From Dictyostelium discoideum (taxonomy: Eukaryota): DNA of 64,000 bases. Under the pieces are notes generated by a model. It was given only the letters and a program-made list of their open reading frames with translations, made no database searches and was not told where the DNA came from. The stretch is taken from NCBI GenBank assembly GCA_000004695.1, contig CM000152.2:3168001-3232000 (forward strand). The letters run 5' to 3'. Every line of letters begins with the position of its first letter. Position 1 is the first letter of the stretch. Both the position numbers and the translations under genes were made by a program. Below are positions 40,258 to 51,539 of this stretch, one piece after another.

Positions 40258-40475
40258 GATTTTTTATTGTTTTGGTTTATAAAAATATTGAATTAGTATT
40301 TCCTAATAATTTTATATATATCTTAATGTTTTATAATTTATATGTTTGATGATTACGTTGGAGCGTTTGGATCTTTAATTTCCATTGTGTTTCTACCACG
40401 AACAAAGAATCCTCTTTTGAAGATTGATTGTGACAATCCACTAGCTAATGATGTGATTGATTTAAATGAGTTCAT
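39518..40475 (-). CDS. Small conserved-looking protein of 199 aa in 3 exons, function unassigned (possibly mitochondrial). Exons: complement(40357..40475), complement(39924..40125), complement(39518..39796).
   Basis: Exon 1 reads MNSFKSITSLASGLSQSIFKRGFFVRGRNTMEIKDPNAPT with a GTAATC donor. Exon 2 (acceptor AATAAAG) reads TYPIKHLYCFDRKVKGKAGAKLVRYNDFVPATITGGGLPLKNISIEWGRINGLISSKKFYKERKFLL with a GTAGGT donor. Exon 3 (acceptor TTATTGTAG) reads NIDDKEKIIGKLSHAQLHPITERAMFIKFCRSAEDPETFKSEELPHLTRERNRIEKFQAGRVIRRAKVDLQKIDLSFKPAIKKSDLLKDRLE*. Phases 2, 0 are consistent. The ORF-track entry 39973..40194(+) is antisense to exon 2. Confidence 0.45.
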
Positions 40476-40816
40476 TTCTTTGAACAATTAGTAATATGAA
40501 AGGAAAAAAAAAATGAATTAAACATAAAAATGAAAAAAAAAAAAAAAATGAAAAAAAAATAAAAAAAAAAAAAAAAAAAAAAAAAAAATGAAAAAAAACA
40601 TTGAGCGAATCACGACTTTTTTTTCCAAAAAAAAAATAAAATAAAAAATTGATTAAATAAATAAAAAAATGATTAGAAAAATCCTAAAACATTATGTGAA
40701 GGTTAAATTTTAATTTTAGAATTATTTTTTTTTTTAAATTTTTTTTATTTTTTTTTATTTTTTCTTATTTTTTTTTTGTTTTGTTTATATTATTTTATTT
40801 TTTTTTTCTTATTTAT

Positions 40817-43777
40817 TTATTTATTTGATTTTGAAACTTTGGAATTGAAGCCAGCCATTTGTTGATATTTAGGTTTCTTTGGAACTTTTCTATCTCTATT
40901 TCTATTTTTAACATTTGCGGTTTCATAAAAGTGAACACCAACTTTTGAAGCATTGATTGCCTTTCTACGTTCTTTTTTACTTGGACCAGCTTCTGAATCT
41001 GATTCAACTTCTGGCATTTCATTATATTCTTTTCTTGTTTTTTTACCAGTTGGTTTTTGAGTTTCAGTTGTTGTTTTGTTTGTTGATTCTGAAACTTTAT
41101 TTTGAATTGATTCAAGCTTTTTAGTTAATGATGGTGCGGTTTTACTAATAACTGATTTCTTTTTAACAATTGGTTTTTCTTCTTGGATTGGTTCTTCATC
41201 TTGACCATCATCTTCTTGAGCGACATCTTTTTTGGTAACCTTCTTTTTAGCTGCAGCTGGTTGTTTCTTTGGTGGTTCTTCAACAACTGGTTCTACAACA
41301 GTGGCAGCTTTATTAGACTTTTTGGTTACTTTCTTTGGTGGCTCTTCAACAACTGGTTCAGTAATAACTGGTTGTGCAACAGCAGCGGAGGCTTTAGCAG
41401 ATTTCTTAACGACTTTCTTTGGTGGTTCTTCAACAACTGGTTCAGCAACAGCAGCAGTGACTTTGGTTGCAGATTTTTTAACGACTTTCTTTGGTGGCTC
41501 TTCAACAACTGGTTCAGCAACAGTGACTTTGGTTGCAGATTTTTTAACGACTTTCTTTGGTGGTTCTTCAACAACTGGTTCAGCAACAGTGGCGGCAGCT
41601 TTTGTTGATTTCTTAGCAGCAACTTTCTTTGGTGGTTCTTCAACAACTGGTTCAGTTGCAACAACTTTTTTATTTGATTTAACAGCAGCAACAGTTGGTT
41701 TTTCAACAATTGTTGGTTTAGTATCTTTGGAAACTGCTTTTTTATTGGTGGTGGTGGTAGTTGGAGTTACTACTTTTTCAACTTTTTCTTTTTTAACAGC
41801 AACTTGTTTAGTTGTTACTGGTGATTCAACATTTTTTACAGATTTTTTATTATTAATTGGTTCTTGTTTAACTTTAATATTTGATGATTTCTTTACATTT
41901 TTACCATTTGATTTAATTTGATCAACCTTTTCTTCTTCATCATAATCCAAATCACCATCTGCTAAATCATCATAATTTTCTTCACCATATAAAATATCCT
42001 CATCATCTAATTCCTCTTCTTCACCTGATAATTCTTCATCATCTTCATCGTCGTCATCTTCATTATTATCTTCTTCTTTTTGATATAAATCATCCCAATC
42101 TGGTTCTTCGTCAAATGGATCAACATATTCTTCACCATGAGCATCCTCTTCAGTGAATTCAGATTTAACTGGAATATTATTTAATTTTTGATTAACAACT
42201 AAATCACCATAAAGTTTTCTTCTTTCTTTTAATAATTTGTCAGTATCTTGATCAACTTCAGCTTCGTCAAGATATTGTTGTGGTTGAGTAGTGGTTGTAT
42301 TATCATTATCATTATTATCAGTTGATTCTAATTTAATTTTATTTAATTCATCTTCTTTTTCTTGTTCTGGAGTTAAATGTGGTGGTGCTTTAAAGTAAGG
42401 AATTTTACCTTTTTGATAATCATAAAGAACAAGTTTAGCACAAGCATTCATATTTGGTTGTCTTTTCTTTAAGAGTTTACCAGTTCTTTCGGCCATTTGA
42501 GTGAGGAAATCTTCATGATCTTTCCATTCGGCAATGTTATAAGTTTTAACGATATATTCTTTTTTAATACGATTTAAAACCTCTGGAATGAAAATGGTAG
42601 CATCTTCTAAATTTTCAACACGAACAACACCTTTTAATACGAGTTCAGCTTCTGAATCACCAGTGGCAGGAACGACACCTGGACAATCGATTAAATAGAT
42701 ACGTTTCATGAGGGTAATATATTGCCAAACTTTAGTTTCACCAGGAATTGGAGCAGCTTTACAAACTACTTTACTCTTGAGTGTATTGATGATTGAAGAT
42801 TTACCAACATTTGGATAACCAATGAAACCAACAGAGATTTGTTTCTTATCGGAATGTAATTTTGAGAATTGACGAAGTAATTGAATTAATGAACCTTTAC
42901 CGAATGGATTAGTGATTGAAGCGTGGAATGCCAATGTTGGATATTCCTTTGAGAGGATCTTAACCCAACGTGCGGTTGCCCAAGTTGGTACGAGATCACA
43001 TTTATTGAGAATGAAAATCAAATGTTTATGTTTTGAAGTCTTTTTCAATTGTTGTTCGACATGACGAGAACGAGTACCCATTGGATCACGAGCATCCAAA
43101 ACTTGTACCAATACATCGGAGGAATCGATAACTTTGTATAATTCACCCCAAATTCTCTTTGATGTACCTTTATCGAAAATATCCTTACGACGAGTTTCAA
43201 TTTCATCTTCATCAGGTTTAATATTTTTATCTTTAGTTTCATCGTATCCACTGGTGATTTCAGCTGCTTTGTTAATCATATTCTCATAATCGGTAACTGC
43301 TTTTAAATTTGGACGTTTACGTTGTTTCTTTGGTCCGAATGTGGTTTGAAATGATTCGGTGGTTAAAAGATTCATTTGAGTTTTCTTGGTACTGTCTTTC
43401 AATAAACCCAATGGTAACTTTGATGCATGTAACAATACCTTGTATGGATTGTTAACTTGTGATTCCATTTCTTCTCTAAATGTATTCAATTGATCTTGTC
43501 CAATAGCACGTGTATTACCAAACCATCTACGATCTGGTCTGATTCTAGTATCATGTGATGTATCCTTTGACATGAATGCACCACTAATTAATTTACCATC
43601 TCTTGTTCTAGTTGGTCTTTCACTATACATAGCCAACCTCTTAATGGTGGCACGATCTCTAAGGTTGGTTTTTGTCTTTGATACAATTCTATCTGGATTA
43701 TTTTGATTATTAGATTTATTAATTCTATTAGTAAAACTATTTGATTGATGGGTTCTTGGACCTCCTGGTTTAACCAT
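40817..43777 (-). CDS. Nucleolar GTP-binding protein 2 (GNL2/Nog2/Nug2) with a long Lys/Val/Pro-rich repetitive C-terminal extension. Single exon.
   Basis: The N-terminus [12 protein letters not shown] matches GNL2 RDRATIRRLNMY. The circularly permuted GTPase motifs are present (KCDLVP, then [12 protein letters not shown], then DCPGVV). The C-terminal 300 aa are about 21-aa tandem repeats of the type [21 protein letters not shown]. Confidence 0.9.
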   Translation of the reverse strand: MVKPGGPRTHQSNSFTNRINKSNNQNNPDRIVSKTKTNLRDRATIKRLAMYSERPTRTRDGKLISGAFMSKDTSHDTRIRPDRRWFGNTRAIGQDQLNTFREEMESQVNNPYKVLLHASKLPLGLLKDSTKKTQMNLLTTESFQTTFGPKKQRKRPNLKAVTDYENMINKAAEITSGYDETKDKNIKPDEDEIETRRKDIFDKGTSKRIWGELYKVIDSSDVLVQVLDARDPMGTRSRHVEQQLKKTSKHKHLIFILNKCDLVPTWATARWVKILSKEYPTLAFHASITNPFGKGSLIQLLRQFSKLHSDKKQISVGFIGYPNVGKSSIINTLKSKVVCKAAPIPGETKVWQYITLMKRIYLIDCPGVVPATGDSEAELVLKGVVRVENLEDATIFIPEVLNRIKKEYIVKTYNIAEWKDHEDFLTQMAERTGKLLKKRQPNMNACAKLVLYDYQKGKIPYFKAPPHLTPEQEKEDELNKIKLESTDNNDNDNTTTTQPQQYLDEAEVDQDTDKLLKERRKLYGDLVVNQKLNNIPVKSEFTEEDAHGEEYVDPFDEEPDWDDLYQKEEDNNEDDDDEDDEELSGEEEELDDEDILYGEENYDDLADGDLDYDEEEKVDQIKSNGKNVKKSSNIKVKQEPINNKKSVKNVESPVTTKQVAVKKEKVEKVVTPTTTTTNKKAVSKDTKPTIVEKPTVAAVKSNKKVVATEPVVEEPPKKVAAKKSTKAAATVAEPVVEEPPKKVVKKSATKVTVAEPVVEEPPKKVVKKSATKVTAAVAEPVVEEPPKKVVKKSAKASAAVAQPVITEPVVEEPPKKVTKKSNKAATVVEPVVEEPPKKQPAAAKKKVTKKDVAQEDDGQDEEPIQEEKPIVKKKSVISKTAPSLTKKLESIQNKVSESTNKTTTETQKPTGKKTRKEYNEMPEVESDSEAGPSKKERRKAINASKVGVHFYETANVKNRNRDRKVPKKPKYQQMAGFNSKVSKSNK
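41250..41700. repeat. About 63-bp imperfect tandem repeats encoding the GNL2 C-terminal [19 protein letters not shown] units.
   Basis: About 7 units. The spurious antisense ORFs 41183..41921 arise from this. Confidence 0.85.
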
Positions 43778-44070
43778 TTTTTTTTTCTATATATATTAAA
43801 TGTATAAATTTAAAAAATTTATACACAATCAAATAATAATAATAATAAAAAAAAAAATAATAAAATAATAAATAAAAAAAAAAAAAAAAATAAAAAAAAA
43901 AAAACGACTCGGCTCGTTTTTTGAGAAAAAAAAAAAAAAAAATTCGAAAATAAAAATAAAAATAAAATTAAAAAAAAAAAATAAAATAAAATTAATTAAT
44001 ATCTCAATGGGTTTAATAATCGAAAATGTAAATCATTTTTTTTCCTTTTTGTTTTATTTTTGATTTATTA

Positions 44071-44103
<33 letters not shown>

Positions 44104-44416
44104 CTTCTTGTCTTATTTTTGATTTATTATTTATATTTTTTTTTTTTTTTAATTTTTTTTTTTTTTAATTATTTTATTTTTTTTTTTTAAAAATAATTTT
44201 ATTTTTATTTTTAATTTTATTTATTTTTTTAAAGAAAATCTATAAAAAAAAAATAATAATAAAATATAAAAATAATTAAAAAAATAAAAATAAAATATTT
44301 TTAAAAAAAAAAAAAAAAAAAAGCTTTGGGAAATTTTTTTATTTTTTTTTTTTTTATTTTCAAAAACATAAAGCAAAGAAGTAACAAATACAAATAAATA
44401 CAAAATAAATTAAATA

Positions 44417-45908
44417 ATGATTTTTAGAGGTTTAAAATCTTTAAAAAATGGTTTCAATACAAATAATATTTTAATTTCAACTAATCAATCATTTAAAAGA
44501 TTTAATATTACTCCAATAACAACATCATCATTATTTAGAAACTTTACAACCAATATCGAACCAAAAATCGAATCTTCAACCGTTAATACTACCACTACAA
44601 ACATACCATTAAGTCAATCACAAACTGAAAACATACCAATTACACCAAAAAAAACATTTCAACCAGTAAAATTAGATGGTAAATTATTAGCTTCTCATAT
44701 TGTAAGTAGTGTTTGATATATTATTTCTTTATTTTTTATTTTATTTTATTTTATTAACAATAAATAAATTTATAATATAATTTTATATATAAATATATAA
44801 AATAGAAAAAATCAATTAAAGCAGATACAGAAGATTTTATTAAAAACTCTGGTGTAACACCAAATTTAGTTGTAATTTATGTAGGAGATAGTAAACAAAT
44901 TGAATCTTATATTAAAGCAAAGAGAACGGGATGTGAAGATGTTGGATTTAAATTTACATTGGATAGATTTTCATCAGATATTAAAGAGGACCAATTAATA
45001 AAAAAGATTAAATATCATTCTGAAGATCCTTCAGTTCATGGTATAATCGTTCAATTACCATTACCTGATAATTTGAACAAAGATGCAATCATTCAATCAA
45101 TTGATCCAAAAAAAGATGTTGATGGTTTAACTTCAACAAATTTAGGTCAAATTATGATTTCTAAAAAGTAAGTTTTTTATCTTTTTATTTTCATTTTTTA
45201 TATCATACTAATTATTTTTTTTAATGGTAAAAAAAAACAGACCATTATATATACCATGTACACCATTAGGTATTTTAGAAATTTTAAAAGCTTATAAAAT
45301 TAAAGTTGAAGGTAAAAATGTAGTTGTATTAGGACGCAGTAATTTAGTTGGTAGAACCATTGCAACTATTTTATCACAAAAGGATTTAACAAATCCATCA
45401 ATTATGAATGGTGCAAATGTTACCATAATTCATAAATATTCAAAAAATCATCTTGGATCAATTAGACAAGCTGATTTAATTATTGTAAGTTTTTTTTTTT
45501 TTTTTTTTTTTTAATAATTTTTTAAATTTGGTGTAGGACAAATAATAATAATAATAATTTTTTTTGGTTTTTTAAAAAAAAAAATAGTCTGCAACAGGTG
45601 TGCCAGGATTAATTAAAAAAGAAGATTTAAAGAGAGGAGTAATTTTAATTGATGTTGGTATTAGTTTTAAAGAAGATAGTACAAAGAAATCAGGATATAA
45701 AATGGTTGGTGATATAGATCCAGAGGCATACAGTAGATCGATTGCATACACACCTGTTCCAGGTGGTGTCGGTCCTTTAACTGTGGCTTGTCTTTTAAGA
45801 AATGTTTTAAGATCTGCAATTTTACAATATAGAATTCAAAGTGCAAGAGTTGGTTCTGCTTTAAATAATAAATTTACTGAAAAAAACAATAATAATAATA
45901 ATAATGTA

Positions 45909-45939
<31 letters not shown>

Positions 45940-46010
45940 TCAACGATGATAATAATAATAATAATATTGATAACAAAAATAAAAATAAAAATAGAAAAAG
46001 TAGAAAATAA
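44417..46010 (+). CDS. Methylenetetrahydrofolate dehydrogenase / methenyl-THF cyclohydrolase (FolD / MTHFD2-type). It has an N-terminal presequence-like extension and an Asn-rich C-terminal tail. Exons: 44417..44701, 44806..45167, 45241..45484, 45588..46010.
   Basis: FolD blocks are split across exons: VKLDGKLLASHI | KKSIKADTEDF...NLVVIYVGDSKQIESYIKAKRTGCEDVGF...DPSVHGIIVQLPLPDNLNKDAIIQSIDPKKDVDGLTSTNLGQIMISK | KPLYIPCTPLGILEILK...GKNVVVLGRSNLVGRTIATIL...ADLII | SATGVPGLIKKEDLKRGVILIDVGIS...YTPVPGGVGPLTVACLLRNV. All three introns use GTAAGT donors. Phases 0, 2, 0 are consistent. Confidence 0.85.
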
Positions 46011-46567
46011 ATTATTTCTATTCTTGGAAAATTAAAATTTTTTTTCAAAAAAAAAAAAATATATAAAATAACAAAATTAAAAATAAAAATTAATTAAACA
46101 ATTATTGAATTTACAAAATTGTGGGTAGGGGTGTTTTGTGTGGAAATTCAAATTAAACCACACATATTATCAACAAAAGTGTTTTCGAACAAATTTGTCA
46201 TCGAAATATTTTATTTTACAATTTTTTTTATTTTTTTTTTTTTTATTTTTTTTGCATTCACCTAAGCGAATAATTTTATTTTTTTAAAATTTTTGTTTTT
46301 TTTTTTTAATTTTTTATTTTTTTTACCATTTAATCTTAAAAACTTTTTTTTATTTTTTTATTTTTCATACTTTTTATTAATTTTATTTCTTTTATTTCTT
46401 TTTTTTAAAATTTTTTTTTTTTTAATTTTTTTTTTTTTTTTTTAATAATAATAATAATAATATTGTTATGATAAGTAATAACAATATATAGTAAAATTAC
46501 ATCCCACAGAAACAACAATAAAGATAAATAAAAAAGCCTTACATACATATATATATAAAATTAAATC

Positions 46568-47113
46568 ATGTCACGGTTAATAATTAATAAAAGTAATAGT
46601 AGAATTTGTAATACAATAGTTAAAAATTATTTAATTCAAACGAAATACACATTACAACAACAACAACACCAACAACAACAACAACAACAACAATATGTTA
46701 GAAGTTATTGTAGTTTACAACAACCAAAACCATCAAAACCAAATATGATAGAGATTGTTACTCATTTTTTTGATAAAGTTAAAAATAAATCATTTATAAT
46801 TGAAAACTATTTAAATAATCCGATTCCTGAACAACAACAACAATTAAATAAAAATATAAAAATCAATAATACAGATAAAGATAACGACACTTTAGAACAA
46901 ATCCAACTTTTAGATCCATTAAACAATTTAGGAAAAAGAAAAGGAAATGAAATTTTTAAAGTTGTTGAAAATGATTTATCAAACATGACACATAATATAA
47001 TGAAAACTATTACCGATGGTGTTAGTGCAAATAGTACTTATTCACCTTCACCTTCAAAAAAAACACATCCAATTTTATCTTCAATTTCAAGTTATTATTT
47101 TGAATTAAAAGTA

Positions 47114-47177
<64 letters not shown>

Positions 47178-48167
47178 CACTCTCCTCTCACACAATAATA
47201 GAATAAATAATAATTTTTAATTTTTTTTTTTTTTAAAAGGGTAAAAGAATAAGACCAACAATTGTATTGTTGTTATCAAAAGCGTTATCATCAACAGTAC
47301 ATGGATCACAATTAAAATTAGCGGAAATTGTTGAAATGATTCATACAGCAAGTTTAGTGCATGACGATGTTATTGATGAAGCATCAACTAGAAGAGATGT
47401 AATATCGATTAATCATAGTTATACAAATAAATTGGCAATTTTATGTGGTGATTATTTATTGGCAAGAGCATCAGTAGTTTTATCAACAATTAGAAATCCA
47501 GATGTAACTGAATGTATGTCAACTGCCTTGGCCGAGTTGGTTGAGGGTGAATTTATGCAAGCAAAATCAAATGGTGTCGTCTCTTTTGATAATTATTTAC
47601 AAAAAACTTATTTAAAAACTGGTTCTTTAATTACAAACAGTTGTAGATCTGCTGCTATCCTTTCTGGTGCAGATTCAAACATTATAAATATTTCAACTGA
47701 ATTTGGAAAGAATTTAGGTTTAGCTTTTCAAGTATGTAATTAATAATAATAATAATAATAATAGATAATAATAATAATAGTAGATAAAATTTTGTTTGTT
47801 TTATTAATAATAAAAAATATACAATAAATAGATTGTTGATGATTTATTAGATTATACAGGATCAGCTGAAGAATGTGGAAAAGCTACATCAGTTGATTTA
47901 ACTTTGGGATTAGCAACAGCACCAGTTTTATATGCAACCCAAGAATTCCCACAATTAGAGAAATTAATTAAAAGAAAGTTTTCAGAGATTGGTGATGTTG
48001 AAGAAGCAAAGAGGTTGGTTGCTTTAAGTAAAGGTATCGAGAAAACTAGAAATTTAGCTATCGAATATTGTAATCGTGCAATTCAATCCTTATTAAAATT
48101 ACCACAATCTGAATCAAGAGATCTTTTAATCACATTATCTCATATTGTTGTTACAAGAACAAAGTAA
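46568..48167 (+). CDS. coq1: Trans-polyprenyl diphosphate synthase (Coq1/PDSS1-type, ubiquinone side-chain synthase). Exons: 46568..47110, 47240..47731, 47832..48167.
   Basis: The first aspartate-rich motif is ASLVHDDVIDEASTRRD. The second, GKNLGLAFQ|IVDDLLDYTG, is rebuilt across intron 2. Exon 2 starts GKRIRPTIVLLLSKAL. Donors are GTAAGT and GTATGT. Acceptors are TTTTAAAAG and ATAAATAG. All junctions are phase 0. Confidence 0.85.
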
Positions 48168-48281
48168 AAATACGAAGTTATTTAAAAAGAAAAAAAAAAA
48201 AAAAAAAAAAAAAATGAAAATAAAAAAAAAAAAAAAATAAAAAAGTTATATGGTTCTTTTTTTTTTTCTTTTTTTTTTTTC

Positions 48282-48325
<44 letters not shown>

Positions 48326-48941
48326 GCCACAGCAGCAGCCACCTTTTTTTTAAAATAATTTTTTTAATAAAGTTTTGTTTGCATCTTTTTTTTTAATTTC
48401 CTTAAACCCAATTTTTTTAATCTCAAAAATGATTTGTTATAAAATTTTTTTATTTTACCTTGTTCAAAAAAAAAAAATCCAAAAAAAATCAAAAAAAATA
48501 AAACAATAAGATTCATATAAAAAAGAATAAATCAACGAGAATCCAATAAGAAAAAAATAATAAAAAAAAAAAAAAAAAATGATTACAATCTGACTCTGTA
48601 CAAAAAAAATAAAAATAAAAAAGTCTAACGGAACAAAATTGAATGTTGTACTTTTACTATAATTAAATATACCACCTCTAATGCCACATGATTTTATTTA
48701 GAAAATTAATTTTTTTTTATTACAATCGCCTTTTTAATCTGATCATCTCCAAAGAAACTTGATTTTTTTTCCACTTTAGAATTATATTTATTAAATTTTT
48801 TTATTTTATTTTATTTGATTATTATAATAATTTTTTTTTATCTTCTATAAATAAATAAATTTTTTTTTTTTTTTTTCATTATTATTCAAAAATAACCTTT
48901 TCAAAAATATAAATTTAAAGTTTTAAAATTATTTTCAAGAA

Positions 48942-49706
48942 ATGAAAAATAAATTAATTAATCTATTATTTTCATTAATTTTAATTTTTTTATCCATTAA
49001 TGCTTCCCAGAGTTTAGGTGCACATAAAACCACTGTCACACCGACCCCAACTCCAAATATTACAGTGACTCATACTTTAGCTCCTAATATTACAGTTACA
49101 CCAACCTCAACTCCAAATATTACAGTTACTCCTACCTCAACTCCAAATATTACAGTCACACCAACATCAACTCCAAACATTACAGTTACTCCAACATCAA
49201 CCCCTAATATTACAGTTACACCAACATCAACTCCAAATATTACAGTTACACCAACCTCAACTCCAAATATTACAGTTACACCAACCTCAACTCCTAATAT
49301 TACAGTTACACCAACCTCAACTCCAAATATTACAGTTACTCCAACCTCAACTCCAAATATTACAGTTACTCCTACCTCAACTCCAAATATTACAGTCACA
49401 CCAACCTCAACCCCTAATATTACAGTTACACCAACCTCAACTCCAAATATTACAGTTACACCAACTTCAACCCCTAATATTACAGTCACACCAACATCAA
49501 CTCCAAATATTACAGTTACACCAACATCAACTCCAAATATTACAGTTACTCCTACCTCAACTCCAAATATTACAGTCACACCAACATCAACTCCTAATAT
49601 TACAGTCACACCAACCTCAACTCCAAATATTACAGATACTCCAACCTCAACTCCTAATATTACAGATACTCCAACCTCAACTTCAAATATCACAATTTAT
49701 TTCTAA
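48942..49706 (+). CDS. Secreted mucin-like protein: a signal peptide followed by about 21 near-perfect tandem copies of the decapeptide TPTSTPNITV, each carrying an N-x-T sequon.
   Basis: The ATG ORF starts MKNKLINLLFSLILIFLSINASQS. It then has 30-bp DNA repeats that are over 90% identical, with mostly synonymous third-position changes. No transmembrane or GPI-like hydrophobic C-terminus is present. The antisense ORF 49070..49693 is a repeat artefact. Confidence 0.7.
   Translation: MKNKLINLLFSLILIFLSINASQSLGAHKTTVTPTPTPNITVTHTLAPNITVTPTSTPNITVTPTSTPNITVTPTSTPNITVTPTSTPNITVTPTSTPNITVTPTSTPNITVTPTSTPNITVTPTSTPNITVTPTSTPNITVTPTSTPNITVTPTSTPNITVTPTSTPNITVTPTSTPNITVTPTSTPNITVTPTSTPNITVTPTSTPNITVTPTSTPNITVTPTSTPNITDTPTSTPNITDTPTSTSNITIYF
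49046..49690. repeat. 30-bp coding minisatellite (about 21 units, TPTSTPNITV).
   Basis: Units differ mainly at synonymous positions. Confidence 0.95.
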
Positions 49707-50303
49707 TTGACTTTTTTTATTTAGGACTATTTTCATTACTCTAACATTACATCAAATTAATTTTTGTTATCTCATAAATGAAAAGATGTTTTTTCAATAT
49801 TAAAGGAAATGATAAATAAATATAACCAGGGTTTTCTTAAAATTTTTTTTCCAAATAAACTATTTTAATATTTATTTTAACTATTTTAAAAAACATTTTA
49901 TTTTCTTGAATGAGAATCTAGGATATTGGTATTAATAATATTAATAAAGAATTTATTATTGTACAACCATTTATAATATTATTTAATATTATTTAATTTT
50001 GTTTATTTATTTATTATTCTTAAAATATATTAAGACAATTAGCAATCGAGAGACTAATACAAGATGTTTTATTTAAATCTCAAAGAGGATTGATAGTTAT
50101 TATTTATTTTTATATGTATTGCATGAATTAATTAGGTTTCTTTGAACATTTTTAAAAACTTTTTATACTAAAATTTATAACTTCTTTGGTCTTAAAAATC
50201 TAAGAATATATTAAAACAGAATTGATATTAAAAAAATAAAAAAAAAGTTTTTTTGAATTGAGATTAAAAAAAGCAAGGGGCAGGTTAACTTTTCACCATG
50301 TAG

Positions 50304-51470
50304 TTAACCCTCGAAAGCTCAATTCAAAAAAAAAAAAAAAAAAATTATTGAAAATAAGAAAAAATCAATTAAGTTTTTTAACGGTTTTTTTTTAAAAAAC
50401 TAAAAATAAAAATAATAATTAGATTGTTTGGTAATTAAAATGAATATTTATTTGATTAAATTAATTAATTAATTTTTTTTTTATTAATTTTTTTCATTAT
50501 TTTTTCTTTGAAAAATCTGAAAAAAGTGGAAAAAATTGAAAAAGTTGAACTTGGAGCGTACTTTCTAAGGGTTTGGTGACCATTTAAATCTTCCAAAATA
50601 GTTTTACGAAATTCTCTATAGGATAGGCTATATTTGTTATAATTTTTGTGAACCACAAAGCTATTTACGATATAACATTCTATGATATACCAAAACAGTG
50701 TTAAATACCACTTTTTATTATGACCCGAATAAAATTCTTTTTTTATTCTTTGGTCTTGGCGGTCGCAGCACCCATGTTCATACGATAACTCACCAACACA
50801 ATAGAAAGTTTAATAGGTTCTGAATTCATTCTTTCCATTGAATTTGATTTATAATCCTCCTCTGTTGTTGGATCTTTAATTGTTTGAACCACCACATTCT
50901 ATAATAATAGTAAAACATCCTATTTCATTAATTAAACTATCTTCTTCTTCTTGAATTGAATGAGATAATAAATCAAAGTGACCTTCATCGTCTTCACCCT
51001 ATCAGAATTCATATTGTCAAAATTTGTTGAAATTTGTTGTTCAACTTTTTGTTTTTTTTTTTCCATTTCAAAATTTTTTTTATTAAATATATTGTTATTG
51101 AGGTGGAGGATAAGATATTACATTAAACTATATTTTTTTTTCTATTTTAATGAAATTAAAAATGAAAATAGCGCAACAGTACCACCACGCACACTGAATT
51201 TTTTACAATCATTCCAAAATATCATTAAAATATATAATGTAAATTTTTAGTAGAATTAAATAATATTATCATTGCAATCCAACAAAATGATCAATCACTT
51301 AAAAAAAAGTTTTTACTTTTTTTTTTTAAACGCAAAAATAAAAAAAAAAATAATAAAAAAAAAAAAAAAAATTCTGCACACGTCCATATAATTTGTTTTT
51401 ATTTATTTTTATTTTTTAAAAAAAAAAAACCTTTTTATTGATTTTTTGAATTGAGCTTTTGAGGGTTAAT
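50304..51470. mobile_element. Non-autonomous piggyBac-like DNA transposon (MITE-like, 1159 bp) with 24-bp terminal inverted repeats and TTAA flanks.
   Basis: Left end: TTAA|CCCTCGAAAGCTCAATTCAAAAAA (50304..50331). Right end reverse-complemented: TTAA|CCCTCAAAAGCTCAATTCAAAAAA (51470..51443). That is 23 of 24 identical positions. The CCCT... terminus and TTAA target-site duplication are the piggyBac superfamily signature (Trichoplusia ni piggyBac: TTAA|CCCTAGAAAGATA). The interior is A/T-rich and has no transposase-sized ORF. Confidence 0.6.
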
Positions 51471-51478
51471 TGCCCTAA

Positions 51479-51512
<34 letters not shown>

Positions 51513-51539
51513 TAATTATAAAAAAAAAACCTAACCAAT

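Noticed and set aside
41183-41921. Plus-strand ORFs 41183..41608, 41232..41921 and minus-strand ORF 41326..41709 with internally repetitive translations
   Set aside because: Generated by the 63-bp tandem repeats of the GNL2 C-terminal extension. GNL2 conservation defines the true strand and frame.
49070-49693. 207-aa minus-strand ORF (VGVTVIFGVEVG...)
   Set aside because: Antisense reading of the 30-bp TPTSTPNITV repeat array. The sense frame has a signal peptide and ATG context.
50465-51250. ORFs 50465..50656(-) and 50978..51250(+) inside the TTAA-flanked element
   Set aside because: Too short and too low-complexity to be a transposase. No DDE-like motifs. The element is treated as non-autonomous.
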